A DNA stretch of 64,000 bases from Mobula birostris (Eukaryota), in contig NC_092391.1 in the NCBI RefSeq assembly GCF_030028105.1, positions 27,501,223 to 27,565,222 on the forward strand, given 5' to 3'. Made by a program: the position numbers and the translations under genes. Below, in pieces: positions 11,569-21,835 of the stretch. The notes beneath the pieces are model-generated. The model was not told where the DNA came from, ran no database searches, and saw nothing but the letters and a program-made list of their open reading frames with translations. Positions within the stretch are counted from its first letter, which is position 1. Each line of letters starts with the position of its first letter.

Positions 11569-11614
11569 CCATATTTCAGTTCCAAGGAGATTGATAATCA
11601 AGGATCAAGCACTG

Positions 11615-12800
11615 AGATGGAATGGTGTGGGTGTCGCCAGCTAAGCCGGCATTTATTGGCCATCCTTAGCTGTCCATGAGAAGGTGGTGATGAGCTGCCT
11701 TCTTGAACGGCTGCGGTCCCTGAGGTGTAGGTTCACCCACAGTGCTGTTAGGGAGGGAATTCCATGATTTTAACCCAGCAACGGTGAAGGATTGGCAATA
11801 CGTTTCCAAGTCAGGATGGTGAGTGACTTGGAGGGGGATTTCCAAATGGTGGTGTTCCCAGGTGTCTGCTGTTCTCGTCCTTCTAGATGGTAGTGTTTGT
11901 GCGTCTGGAAGGTGCTGCCTTAGGAACTTTGGTGTGTTGTTGCAGTGCATCTTGTCGATCGTACATACTGCTGCAACTGCTCGTTGATGGTGGAGGGATT
12001 GGATGCTTGTGGAAGGGGTACCAATCAAGTGGGCTGACTTGTGTTGGATGGTGTCAAGTTTCTTGAGTGTTGATGGAGCTCCACTCACCCAGGCGAGTGG
12101 CAAGTATTCCATTACACTCCTGACCTGAGCCTTGTAGATTGCGGACAGCCTTTGGGGAGTCAGGAGGTGAGTCACGTTCCGCAGGATTCCTAGCCTTTAA
12201 CCTGCTCTGGTAGCCACTGTGTTTATATGGCTCGACCAGTTCGGTTTCCTGTCAATGGTAACCCCCAGGATGTTGATAGTGGGGGATTCGGTGATGGTGA
12301 TGCCACTGAATGTCAAGGGACGATGGTTAGAGCCTCTCTTGTTGAGATGATCATTGCCTGGCACTTGCATGGCTCGAGCGTTATGCGCCACTTGTCAGCC
12401 CCAGCCTGGATATTGCCCACATCCTGCTGCCTTGGGGTCTGAACTGCTTCACTATCTGAGGAGTCACAAATGGTGCAGAACATCCCCACTTTTGACTTTA
12501 TGGAGCAGCTGAGGAAGGTTGGTCCTAGGACACTTCCCTGAGGAACTCCTGCAGTGATGCCCTGAGGATGACATGATGGACCTCCAACCACAACAACCAC
12601 CTTCCTTTGTGTCAGCTATGATTCCAACCAGCAGAGGGTTTTCTCTCTAATTCCCATTGACTCCATTTTAGCTTGGGCACCTTGATACCATACTCGGTCA
12701 AATGCTGCCTTGATGTCGAGGGCTATCACTCTCACCTCACCTCTGGTATTCAGCTCTTTGGTCCATGTTTGGATCAAGGAGGTGATGAGGTCAGGAGCTT
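11615..12800 (-). mobile_element. CR1/L2-group LINE, 5'-truncated (RT core to 3' tail)
   Basis: GVPQGSVLGPT, ILGVTIDRKPNWSSHI, LTPQRLSAIYKAQVRSVMEY, SWNSLPNS; tail ggatggccaataaatgccggcttagctggcgacacccac. Confidence 0.9.
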
Positions 12801-15199
12801 GAAATTATGTTAATATAATTTTGATATTATGCTTTTGAATTTGGAAAATAAAATGTACGACTGACAAAAAAATAGTCGGCTACTATTACAAATTACTGTG
12901 AAAGCAATGCCTCAGAAATATTGCAGCAATACTGTGATTTCATTTTGTCGTGTCTGAGAAATTTAACACTCGTTCAATTCAAATGTCCACTGATATGCTG
13001 AACAACGTGCTTAGAAACAAGCTCCCACAAACAGTAACATGATGACTATGAATTTGACAATGCAGATTATGGGTTGACTATCATTCAGGACCCCAGGGAG
13101 AACCAACTAATTAGTCCTCATCTCCAAGAGGTCAGTGGAGCCATTAATGGACACAGTTGCTCGGAGCCTGAGTTCTGCCTCTGTCGTCACTTAGCTTCTG
13201 CTTGGCCATGTCATTGACTGATTTGTCGTGGATCTCAGCTTGATCTGTTCACCTCCTCTGCTGAGCATTCTCCGAGCTCAGTTGATATGTAGTCACACGT
13301 GGCCAAAAGCAAGTCCCCAGTGCAGCTGGCTGCACACATTGTGTGAATCTCAGAGGAAGCTCCACCAACTGCTCCCCGACCTCATCACAGCAAACACTGT
13401 CAGCCCCGGCGACCTCAGAAATATGCCGTTGTCCTCCAGTTAACAACACACTGACATCTGGCAGGAAGCCATTCCCAACTTCAAACTTCTGGCACAGATG
13501 GCTGAGCCGGATACATTCTACAAAATGTTCCATACCAATCCGACCGCCTGATGACACACCCAGTGTACTAGTCTGGAACAGAGAGGCAACTGATCAAATA
13601 TACCATCAAAGTTTAACACTTTCTGTTCTGGGTACGGTGTGGAGTTCCTCTGTACCATCGCACAATAACATAGATGGTTGGGCTGAGCCCAGATCCAATC
13701 CTGACCTCCGGTGCAGTCTGTGACCATGCAGGGTTTCTCAGGATGCTCTCGTTTCATAAGACCATAAGACACAGGAGCAGAATTAGGCCATTCAGCCCAT
13801 CAAGTCTGCTCTATCATTTCGGCATGTCTGATCCCAGATCCCACTCAACCCTATACACATGCCTTCTCGCCATATCCTTTGATGCTCTGACCAATCAGGA
13901 AACTATCAACTTCCACCTTAAATATACCAATGGAGTTGGCCTCCACTGCAGAGAGTAGATTCACTACTCTCTGGCAAAAAAAAATCCGCCTTACATCTGT
14001 TCTAAAAGATAGCCCCTCAATTTTGAGGCTGTACCCTCTAGTTCTGGATACCCCCACCAGAGGAAACATCCCCTCCACATCTAACCTATCTAGTCTTTCC
14101 AACATTAGGTTGGTTTCAATGAAATTCCAACCCCTGCCCCCCCCCACATTCTTCTAAATTCCAGTGAGTACAGGCCCAAAGCTGCCAAACACCCCTCATA
14201 TGTTAACCCCTTCATTCCTGGAATCATCCTTGTGAACCTCCTCTGGACTCGCTCCAATGACAGCACGTCCTTTCTGAGAAAAGGGCCCAAAACTGTTGAC
14301 AATACTCCAAATGCAGCCTGACTAGTGTCTTATAAAGTCCTAGCATTATCTCCTTGATTTTATATTCTATTCCCCTTGAAATAAATGCCAACATTGCATT
14401 TGCCTTCTTTACCACAGACTCAATGTGTAAATTAACCTTCTGAGAGTCTTGTGCAAGGATTCCCAAGTCCCTCTGCACCTCTGATGTTTGAATTTTCTAC
14501 CCAGTTAGATAATAGTCTGCACTATTGTTCCTTTTAACAAAATACATTATCACATATTTCTCAACACTATTCCATCTGCCACTTTTTTGCCCAGTCTTCC
14601 AATTTGTGTAAGTCCTGCTGCAATCGCAATGCTTCCTCAGCACTACCTACCCCTCCACCTAACTTTGTATCATCCGCAGACTTTGCCACAAAGCTATCAA
14701 TTCCATTATCCAAATCATTGACAAACAATGTGAAAAGTTGTGGTCCCAATACTGACCTCTAAGGAACACCACAAGTCACTGGCAGCCAACCAGAAAAGGC
14801 CCCTTTTATTCCCAGTTGCTGCCTCCTGCCTGTCACCCATTCCTCTGTCCATGCCAGTATCTTTTCTGTAATGTCATAGGATTTTATCTTGTTAAGCAGT
14901 CTCATGTGTGGCAGCTTATCACATGCCTTCTGAAAATCCAAGTAAATGTCAACACTGCCTCTCCTCTTCCACCTGCTTGTTACTTCCTCAAAGAGCTGTA
15001 ACAGATTTATCAGGCAAGATTTCTCTTTACCAGAAACCATGCTGACTGACTTATTTTAGCATTAGTCTCCAAGTAGCTCGAAACCTCATCCTTAATGGCG
15101 GAAACAACAGGAATTCTGCAGATGCTGGAAACTCAAGCAACACACATAAAAGTTGCTGGTGAACGCAGCAGGCCAGGCAGCATCTGTAGGAAGAGGTGC

Positions 15200-15235
15200 A
15201 GTCGACGTTTCAGGCCGAGACCCTTCGTCAGGACT
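15200..15235 (-). ncRNA. Minimal type-I hammerhead ribozyme, intact core (GUC cleavage triplet)
   Basis: Minus strand AGTC-CTGACGA-AGGGTCTCGGCCT-GAAAC-GTC-GACT. Stem I AGTC/GACT; stem III is only the ACGT palindrome. Confidence 0.8.
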
Positions 15236-15527
15236 AACTGAAGGAAGAGTGAGTAAGGGATTTGAAAGTTGGAGGGGGAGGGGGAGATCCAAAATGATAG
15301 GAGAAGACAGGAGGGGGAGGGATGGAGCCAAGAGCTGGACAGGTGATAGGCAAAAGGGATACGAGAGGATCATGGGACAGGAGGTCCAGGAAGAAAGACA
15401 AGGTGGGGGGGACACAGAGGATGGGCAAGAGGTATATTCAGAGGGACAGAGGGAGAAAAAGGAGAGTGAGAAAAAGAATGTGTGCAAAAAAATAAGTAAC
15501 AGATGGGCTACGAGGGGGAGGTGGGGC

Positions 15528-16085
15528 CTAGCGGAAGTTAGAGAAGTCGATGTTCATGTCATCAGGTTGGAGGCTACCCAGACGGAATATAAGGTGTTGT
15601 TCCTCCAACCTGAGTGTGGCTTCATCTTTACAGTAGAGGAGGCCGTGGATAGACATGTCAGAATGGGAATGGGATGTGGAATTAAAATGTGTGGCCACTG
15701 GGAGATCCTGCTTTCTCTGGCGGACAGAGCGTAGATGTTCAGCAAAGCGGTCTCCCAGTCTGCGTCGGGTCTCGCCAATATATAAAAGGCCACATCGGGA
15801 GCACCGGACGCAGTATATCACCCCAGTCGACTCACAGGTGAAGTGTTGCCTCACCTGGAAGGACTGTCTGGGGTCCTGAATGGTGGTAAGGGAGGAAGTG
15901 TAAGGGCATGTGTAGCACTTGTTCCGCTTACACGGATAAGTACCAGGAGGGAGATCAGTGGGGAGGGATGGGGGGGACGAATGGACAAGGGAGTTGTGTA
16001 GGGAGCGATCCCTGCGGAATGCAGAGAGAGGGGGGGAGGGAAAGATGTGCTTAGTGGTGGGATCCTGTTGGAGGTGGTGGAAATT
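15528..16085 (-). pseudogene. PLE ORF fragment: Cys-rich linker plus GIY-YIG endonuclease (5'-truncated, otherwise open)
   Basis: GTYPCKRNKCYTCPY linker, then GVIYCVRCSRCGLLYIGETRRRLGDRFAEH...HFNSTSH...EEQHLIFRLGSLQPDDMN. Confidence 0.92.
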
Positions 16086-16087
16086 AC

Positions 16088-16959
16088 GGACTCTCACAGC
16101 TATCTGGACTATTCCTCTTCTCACCCTGTCTCTTGCAAAAACGCTATCCCCTTCTTGCAATTCCTCCGCCTCCGCCGCATCTGCTCTCAGGATGAGGCTT
16201 TTCATTCTAGGACAAGGGAGATGTCGTCCTTTTTAAAGAAAGGGGCTTCCCTTCCTCCACTATCAACTCTGCTCTTAAACGCATCTCCCCCATTTCACGT
16301 ACGTCTGCTCTCACTCCATCCTCCCGCCACCCCACTAGGAATAGGGTTCCCCTGGTCCTCACCTACCACCCCACCAGCCTCCGGGTCCAACATATTATTC
16401 TCCGTAACTTCCGCCACCTCCAACGGGATCCCACCACTAAGCACATCTTTCCCTTCCCCGCCCCACATTCCGCAGGGATCGCTCCCTACGCAACTCCCTT
16501 GTCCATTCGTCCCCCCCATCCCTCCCCACTGATCTCCCTCCTGGTACTTATCCGTGTAAGCGGAACAAGTGCTACACATGCCCTTACACTTCCTCCCTTA
16601 CCACCATTCAGGGCCCCAAACAGTCCTTCCAGGTGAGGCAACACTTCACCTGTGAGTCGACTGGGGTGATATACTGCGTCCGGTGCTCCCGATGTGGCCT
16701 TTTATATATTGGCGAGACCCGACGCAGACTGGGAGACCGCTTTGCTGAACATCTACGCTCTGTCCGCCAGAGAAAGCAGGATCTCCCAGTGGCCACACAT
16801 TTTAATTCTACATCCCATTCCCATTCTGACATGTCTATCCACGGCCTCCTCTACTGTAAAGATGAAGCCACACTCAGGCTGGAGGAACAACACCTTATAT
16901 TCCGTCTGGGTAGCCTCCAACCTGATGGCATGAACATCGACTTCTCTAACTTCCGCTAA
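16088..16959 (+). pseudogene. PLE ORF fragment: RT thumb, linker and GIY-YIG, frameshifted
   Basis: TDSHSYLDYSSSHPVSCKNAIPFLQFLRLRRICS, frameshift near 16232, then GIY-YIG ORF 16633..16959. Confidence 0.92.
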
Positions 16960-17253
16960 GGCCCCACATCCCCTTCGTACCCCATCTGTTACTTATTTTT
17001 ATGCACACATTCTTTCTCTCACTCTCCTTTTTCTCCCTCTGTCCCTCTGAATATACCTCTTGCCCATCCTCTGGGTCCCCCCCACCTTGTCTTTCTTCCT
17101 GGACCTCCTGTCCCATGATCCTCTCATATCCCCTTTTGCCTATCACCTGTCCAGCTCTTGGCTCTATCCCTCCCCCTCCTGTCTTCTCCTATCATTTTGG
17201 ATCTCCCCCTCCCCCTCCAACTTTCAAATCCCTTACTCATTCTTCCTTCAGTT

Positions 17254-17289
17254 AGTCCTGACGAAGGGTCTCGGCCTGAAACGTTGACT
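17254..17289 (+). ncRNA. Minimal type-I hammerhead ribozyme, intact core (GUU triplet)
   Basis: AGTC(17254)-CTGACGA(17258-64)-AGGGTCTCGGCCT-GAAAC(17278-82)-GTT-GACT. Confidence 0.75.
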
Positions 17290-18384
17290 GCACCTCTTCC
17301 TACGGATGCTGCCTGGCCTGCTGCGTTCACCAGCAACTTTTATGTGTGTTCCTTAATGGCGGAGCAGACTGGATGGGCCGAATGGCTGACTTCTGCTCCT
17401 TTGACTTATGCTCTTAATAATAGACTCCCAACACTTTCCCAACCATTGAGTTTGGGCTAACTGGCCTATAATTTCCCTTCTTTTGCCTTCCTCACTTCTT
17501 AAAAAGTGCAGTGACATTTTCAATCTTCCAGTCCTCTGAGACCATGCCAGAATCAAGTGATTCTTGAAAGATCGGGACAAATACATCCGTGATCTTGTCA
17601 GCAACCTCTCTCAGGACTCTGGGATGTAGTCCATCTGGTTCAGGTGACTTATCCACTTGAAGACCTTTTAATTTGCCTAGCACTTTTTCCTTTGTAATAG
17701 CAATGGCACTCACTCCTGCTCCCTGACACTCACGGACCTCCGGCACACTGCTAGACCACTGGAAAATGATGCTGGTGAGGTAGTAATGGGGGACAAAGAA
17801 ATGGCAGATGAACTTAATGAGATTCCTACAGTAGTGCCAATTCTTTTGATTCTCCCTGCATTCCACTCAACTCCCACCAAAAGCTACCACTCACCTACAC
17901 GTTCGGGGTAATTTAACCCACCCACCCATCCAGAGGTCTAAATCAGCTCTCACCTCCCTTTTACTCTTAATAGAACTGAAAAAACCTTTCGTACCTTGCT
18001 TTTTATTATTGGCTAGTTTGTCCTCATATTTCATCTTTTCCCTTCTTATAGCCTTCTTTGTTGCCTTTGATGGATTTTAAAAGTTTCCCAATCATCGATC
18101 CTCCCACTCACATTTTCTGCCTTATATGCCCTTCCCGTGGCTTTTCCTCCCACATGCCAAAGACGAGCGGGTGGGTGGGTTAAGTTACCCCGAGTGGTAG
18201 CTTTTGGTGGGAGTTGAGTGGGATGCAGGGAGAATCAAAAGAATTGGCATTAGTGTTGGAGCGGTGAAAACAGGCGTTTGGTAGTTGGGACTGACACAGC
18301 AGGCCAAAGGCCTGTTCAGTAACACTGGGTTAATTAAAGTTAAACTCCCTCTTTCCTATCACTCCTACTCACCTACATGTATTG

Positions 18385-18970
18385 TCATAGAGTCATAAAA
18401 AATATGGTACAGAAACAGGCCCTTCAGCCCTTCTAGCCAGTTCTGAACCATTTAAATGGCCTACTCTGGATGACCTGCACTGGAACCACAGTTCTCCATA
18501 CCCCTACCATTCATTTACCTACCCAAATTTCTCTTCAATGTTGAAGTCGAGCTCACATGCACCACTTGCACTGGCAGCTAATTCCACACTCTCACCACCC
18601 TTTGAGTGAAGCAATTTCTGCTCATGTTCCCCTTAAACTTTTCTCCTTTCACCCTTACCCCATCTCCTTTCATTGTAGACCCACCCAACCTCACTGGAAA
18701 ATGCCTTCTTGCATTTATCCTCTTTATACCCTTCATAATTTTGTATACCTCTATCAAATCTCCCTTCAGTCTTCTACATCACAAGGAATTAAGTTCTAAC
18801 CTATTCAATCTTTCCTGATAACTCAGGTCCTCCAGTACTGGCAACATCCTTGTAAATTTTCTCTGTACTCTTTCAACCTTGTTTAGATCTTTCCTGTAAG
18901 TAGGTGATCAAAACTGCACACAGTACTCCAAATGAGGCCTCACCAACGTCTTAGACAACTTCAAAGTGAG
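18385..18970 (-). mobile_element. CR1 LINE 3' fragment
   Basis: Reverse of LVRPHLEYCVQF..LERVQRKFTRMLP and the gggccTGTTTCTGTACC tail. Confidence 0.85.
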
Positions 18971-20349
18971 CATTCAATTAACCCACACAACCTGCATATC
19001 AGAAGAAACTGAAGCATACTCTCCTGTCAAAACACCACAGGAGTCTTCAATCTGGGTTACACAGTGTAAATCTCTCTCCATGATATCCCACAGAAACACA
19101 TAAGGAGAGATGATTAGATTCTGAGAAAAGCTCCCTCCCACTGTCCCATCACACACCCCAGCACTGTGCTGTCTGGGTTAGATACTGAGTAAAGCTCTCT
19201 GTCAAACAATCTCTGTGCAAGTACAATGGGGACCAGGCATAGCAAAATCCTTTAGCCTTGGTTTAGAATTTATTGAGTAATTTTCTCTCATTCAAACCTC
19301 CTAACATAGAAAAACAGCCAAAATATGTTTATGGCTGACTGAGTTCAGGCAGTTTCAATGCTGGGGTCAGCTCTGGGTGGGGCAGAGGAGTGAGGGTGGA
19401 ATTATTGGGGCTGGGGAAATGGACTCACTCTGTAAAAGCCCTCTGTAGTGAAGAGGTGAAGGATTAGGCTGAGAGCCGGGAACAGCAGGAGCTTGATGCA
19501 CTTTAGCTGTTCCTGCAGCGGGAAGCGATGATGGAATCTAAACTTCCATTTCTTGCACAGTTCGAATAATCAACTTTCTGATTTGTGCCTCGGAGATTGG
19601 TTTAAGATTGATTATGCAGGCCGTGCAGTTATGAGGATTGATGTTCGAGGAGGTGGGTCTAACGCGGTGCTGCGTGGAGCCTGGGGAGAGGGCAGCAAAG
19701 CCTGATTCATTCCTGGCTTTAATAGGAACGATTTCTATCATTGACAAGCCAGTGAATTTAACAGCAGATTGATTTAGACTTGTAACAGAAGTAGCAACAC
19801 AATCATCTGGACTTGCTTAAGTGGAATATAAACAGGAGCAGCTAAATGGGAAAAGCACCATTAGCCAGCAGCAGTGTCCATGGTAACCAATAATGCTTGT
19901 CAGTGATATGCACTTTGGGAATGTAGCTCGGAAGATTTAACCCCATGAGGCAATAAAACCGAAGCAGGAATGGGCCGTCAGTCAATGGAAATGCTGGTGC
20001 GCTGCCAGATTTTTTCTTGCCTGTCCACGAAGGCCCGAAGCCTGACAGTAGTAGGAACAAAGGTTGAATGACCATGATGTGTTGAGCTCCCCAGTGCTGG
20101 GTTTTCAGCGTTCAGAGTCTCCCATTTCAAACCCGTCTTCACACACCGCAAGCGCATTCCGAAGCGCTTCGCAGCCCATGATTTTTTTCTTTTTCCTGAT
20201 AAAGCCATTTCTTTTATGTAGGAAATGCACATTCTGGTACACAGCAGGACTGAAGTCGCAATGCTAGAACAACCAGCTAATCAGCTTTGGGAGAAGTCGG
20301 TTGAGGGAATAATGGCCACCAGGAAAGAAATTTTCCAGTGGCTGTGGGA

Positions 20350-20870
20350 TCAGAATCAGAATCAGGTTTTATATCATCGGCATATGCTGTGAAATATGAT
20401 GACTTTGCAGCAGCAGTACAATGCAGTACATATAATAGGAAGGAAAAAAACAATGAAAAACAGCAAGTATATGATAGTTAAAGTAGTGCAAAAATGGAAA
20501 TAAAAACCAGTAGTGAGGTCGTGTTCATGGGGTCAATGTCCATTCAGAAATTGGATGGCAGAGGAGAAGAAGCTGTTCCTGATTATTGAGTGTGTGCCTT
20601 CAGGCTTCTATGATGGTAACAATGAGAACAAGGCATGTCCTGGACGATGAGGGTCCTTAATAATGGACACCTACCTTTTTGAGGCATCGCTCCTTGAAGA
20701 TGTCCTGGATACTACGGAGATTTGTGCCCATGATGGAGCTGACTAGGTGTAGAACTCTCTCCAGCTTGTTACGGTCCTGTGCAGTAGCAACACCACACCC
20801 CTCCACCAATACCAGATGGTGATGCAGCCAGTCCATAGTACATCAGTAGTAATTTAGGGGTGTTTTCAGA
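20350..20870 (-). mobile_element. Rex1/Babar LINE 3' fragment
   Basis: (ATCAGA)n tail, and the reverse of the IQDIFKERCLKK / TAQDRNKLERV motifs. Confidence 0.85.
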
Positions 20871-21254
20871 TCTTATGCTTTTGTTATGCTATCACATATA
20901 GGTTTAAACATTGAACAGTGAAGCACATTATTTGCTTTGAGGAATCAGCTTGTGGAGAGGGTCGGATCTCTTATGACGGGCTATGGATCACCACTTGGGC
21001 CGAGGGAAGAGAGGAGTACACCAGACATCAAGACAGAATTTGATCGAGTCTGGTGTCACCCAGAGCTCAGGCCAGAGGGAAAAGGGCTCCACTGGCTGGA
21101 GACGGATGTGATTGCCTTCCTTGTGAAGACCAGCTCCTATCGCCTCAAGGGAGCTGAGTGGGTCTGACAAGTTTCAGCTGTTGCCATCGGTCGTCCTCAC
21201 TCCATCGGAGGGCGGCATGTGGGGCTGCTTGCTGGTGGATCTCAACACCTTCAA

Positions 21255-21745
21255 GGGACGGCTGGTAGAGCCACTGCCTCACAGTGCCAGAGACTCCGCT
21301 TCAATCCTGACTTCAGATGCTTTCCGAGTGGAGTTCGCATGTTCTCACTGTGCCTGTGTGGGTTTTCCCGAGTGCTCTAGTTTCCTCCCATATCCAAACA
21401 CACATTGGTAATTGGCCATTGTAAATTGCCCCTAGAGCATAGGCGAGTGGTGGAATCTTGGGGGAGTTAATGAGAAAGCATCTATGGAAAAGAGTACAGT
21501 TGACGTTTCAGGCCAAGACCCTTCATCAGAACAAATCTTGCTGAAGGGTTTCAAACTGAAATGTCGACTGTACTCTTTTTCATGGATGCTGCCTGGTCTG
21601 CTGAAGTCCTCCAGCATTTTGTGTGTGTTAATTGGATTTCCAGCATCTGCAGATTTTCTCTTGTTTGGGAATTAATGAGAATGTGCAATGAATTAGTGTA
21701 AATGGGCAGAGTGATGGGCCGAAGAGCCTGTTTGTGTGCCATCTC
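21255..21745 (+). mobile_element. HE1/V-type tRNA SINE, split by a mini hammerhead insertion at 21477-21666
   Basis: V-domain-like gtggagttcgcatgttctc..gtgtgggttttcccgagtgctctagtttcctcccatatccaaa; CR1-like tail gatgggccgaagagcctgttt. Confidence 0.8.
21477..21666. mobile_element. 190-bp non-coding inverted PLE-tail insertion carrying two hammerhead motifs
   Basis: Minus-strand core CTGATGA(21523-29)/GAAACGTC(21502-09), plus a decayed plus-strand copy at 21540-21570. TSD gggagttaatgagaa (21462-76) / gggaattaatgagaa (21667-81). Confidence 0.85.
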
Positions 21746-21835
21746 TCTTTCAGGACCAAGTTTCTGGAACTCCTTCCCAAGACCTGGACCTCAGTGCCTC
21801 CCTCTGCCATGGATACTCCACTTCCTCGCGCGCAG

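Larger units (their letters stand above)
15103..17350. mobile_element. Young Neptune-type Penelope-like element, inverted (head-to-head) insertion with 14-bp TSD
   Basis: Left arm (minus strand, 15103-~16087) is the near-identical reverse complement of the right arm (~16400-17350). TSD TCCTTAATGGCGGA at 15089-15102 and 17350-17363. Confidence 0.95.
13756..18140 (-). mobile_element. CR1 LINE (RT domain and 3'UTR), interrupted by PLE 15103-17350 and by a local inversion 17752-17930
   Basis: KSPEPDGLHPRVLREVA, KSCLINLLQLFEEVT, YLDFQKACDKLPH, LFVNDLD..ADDTKLGG, YKTLVRLHLEYC, LERVQRRFTRMIPG; 3' tail tcttatggtcttatg at 13756. Confidence 0.93.

Noticed and set aside
13228-13723. Overlapping ORFs in a unique-looking segment
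   Set aside because: No recognisable protein family or consistent splice sites; the 3' part runs into a SINE.
19030-19200. Two to three degenerate ~65-bp units (gggttagatactgagtaaagctc..)
   Set aside because: Probably a relic of a common chondrichthyan tandem repeat, but too decayed to delimit.
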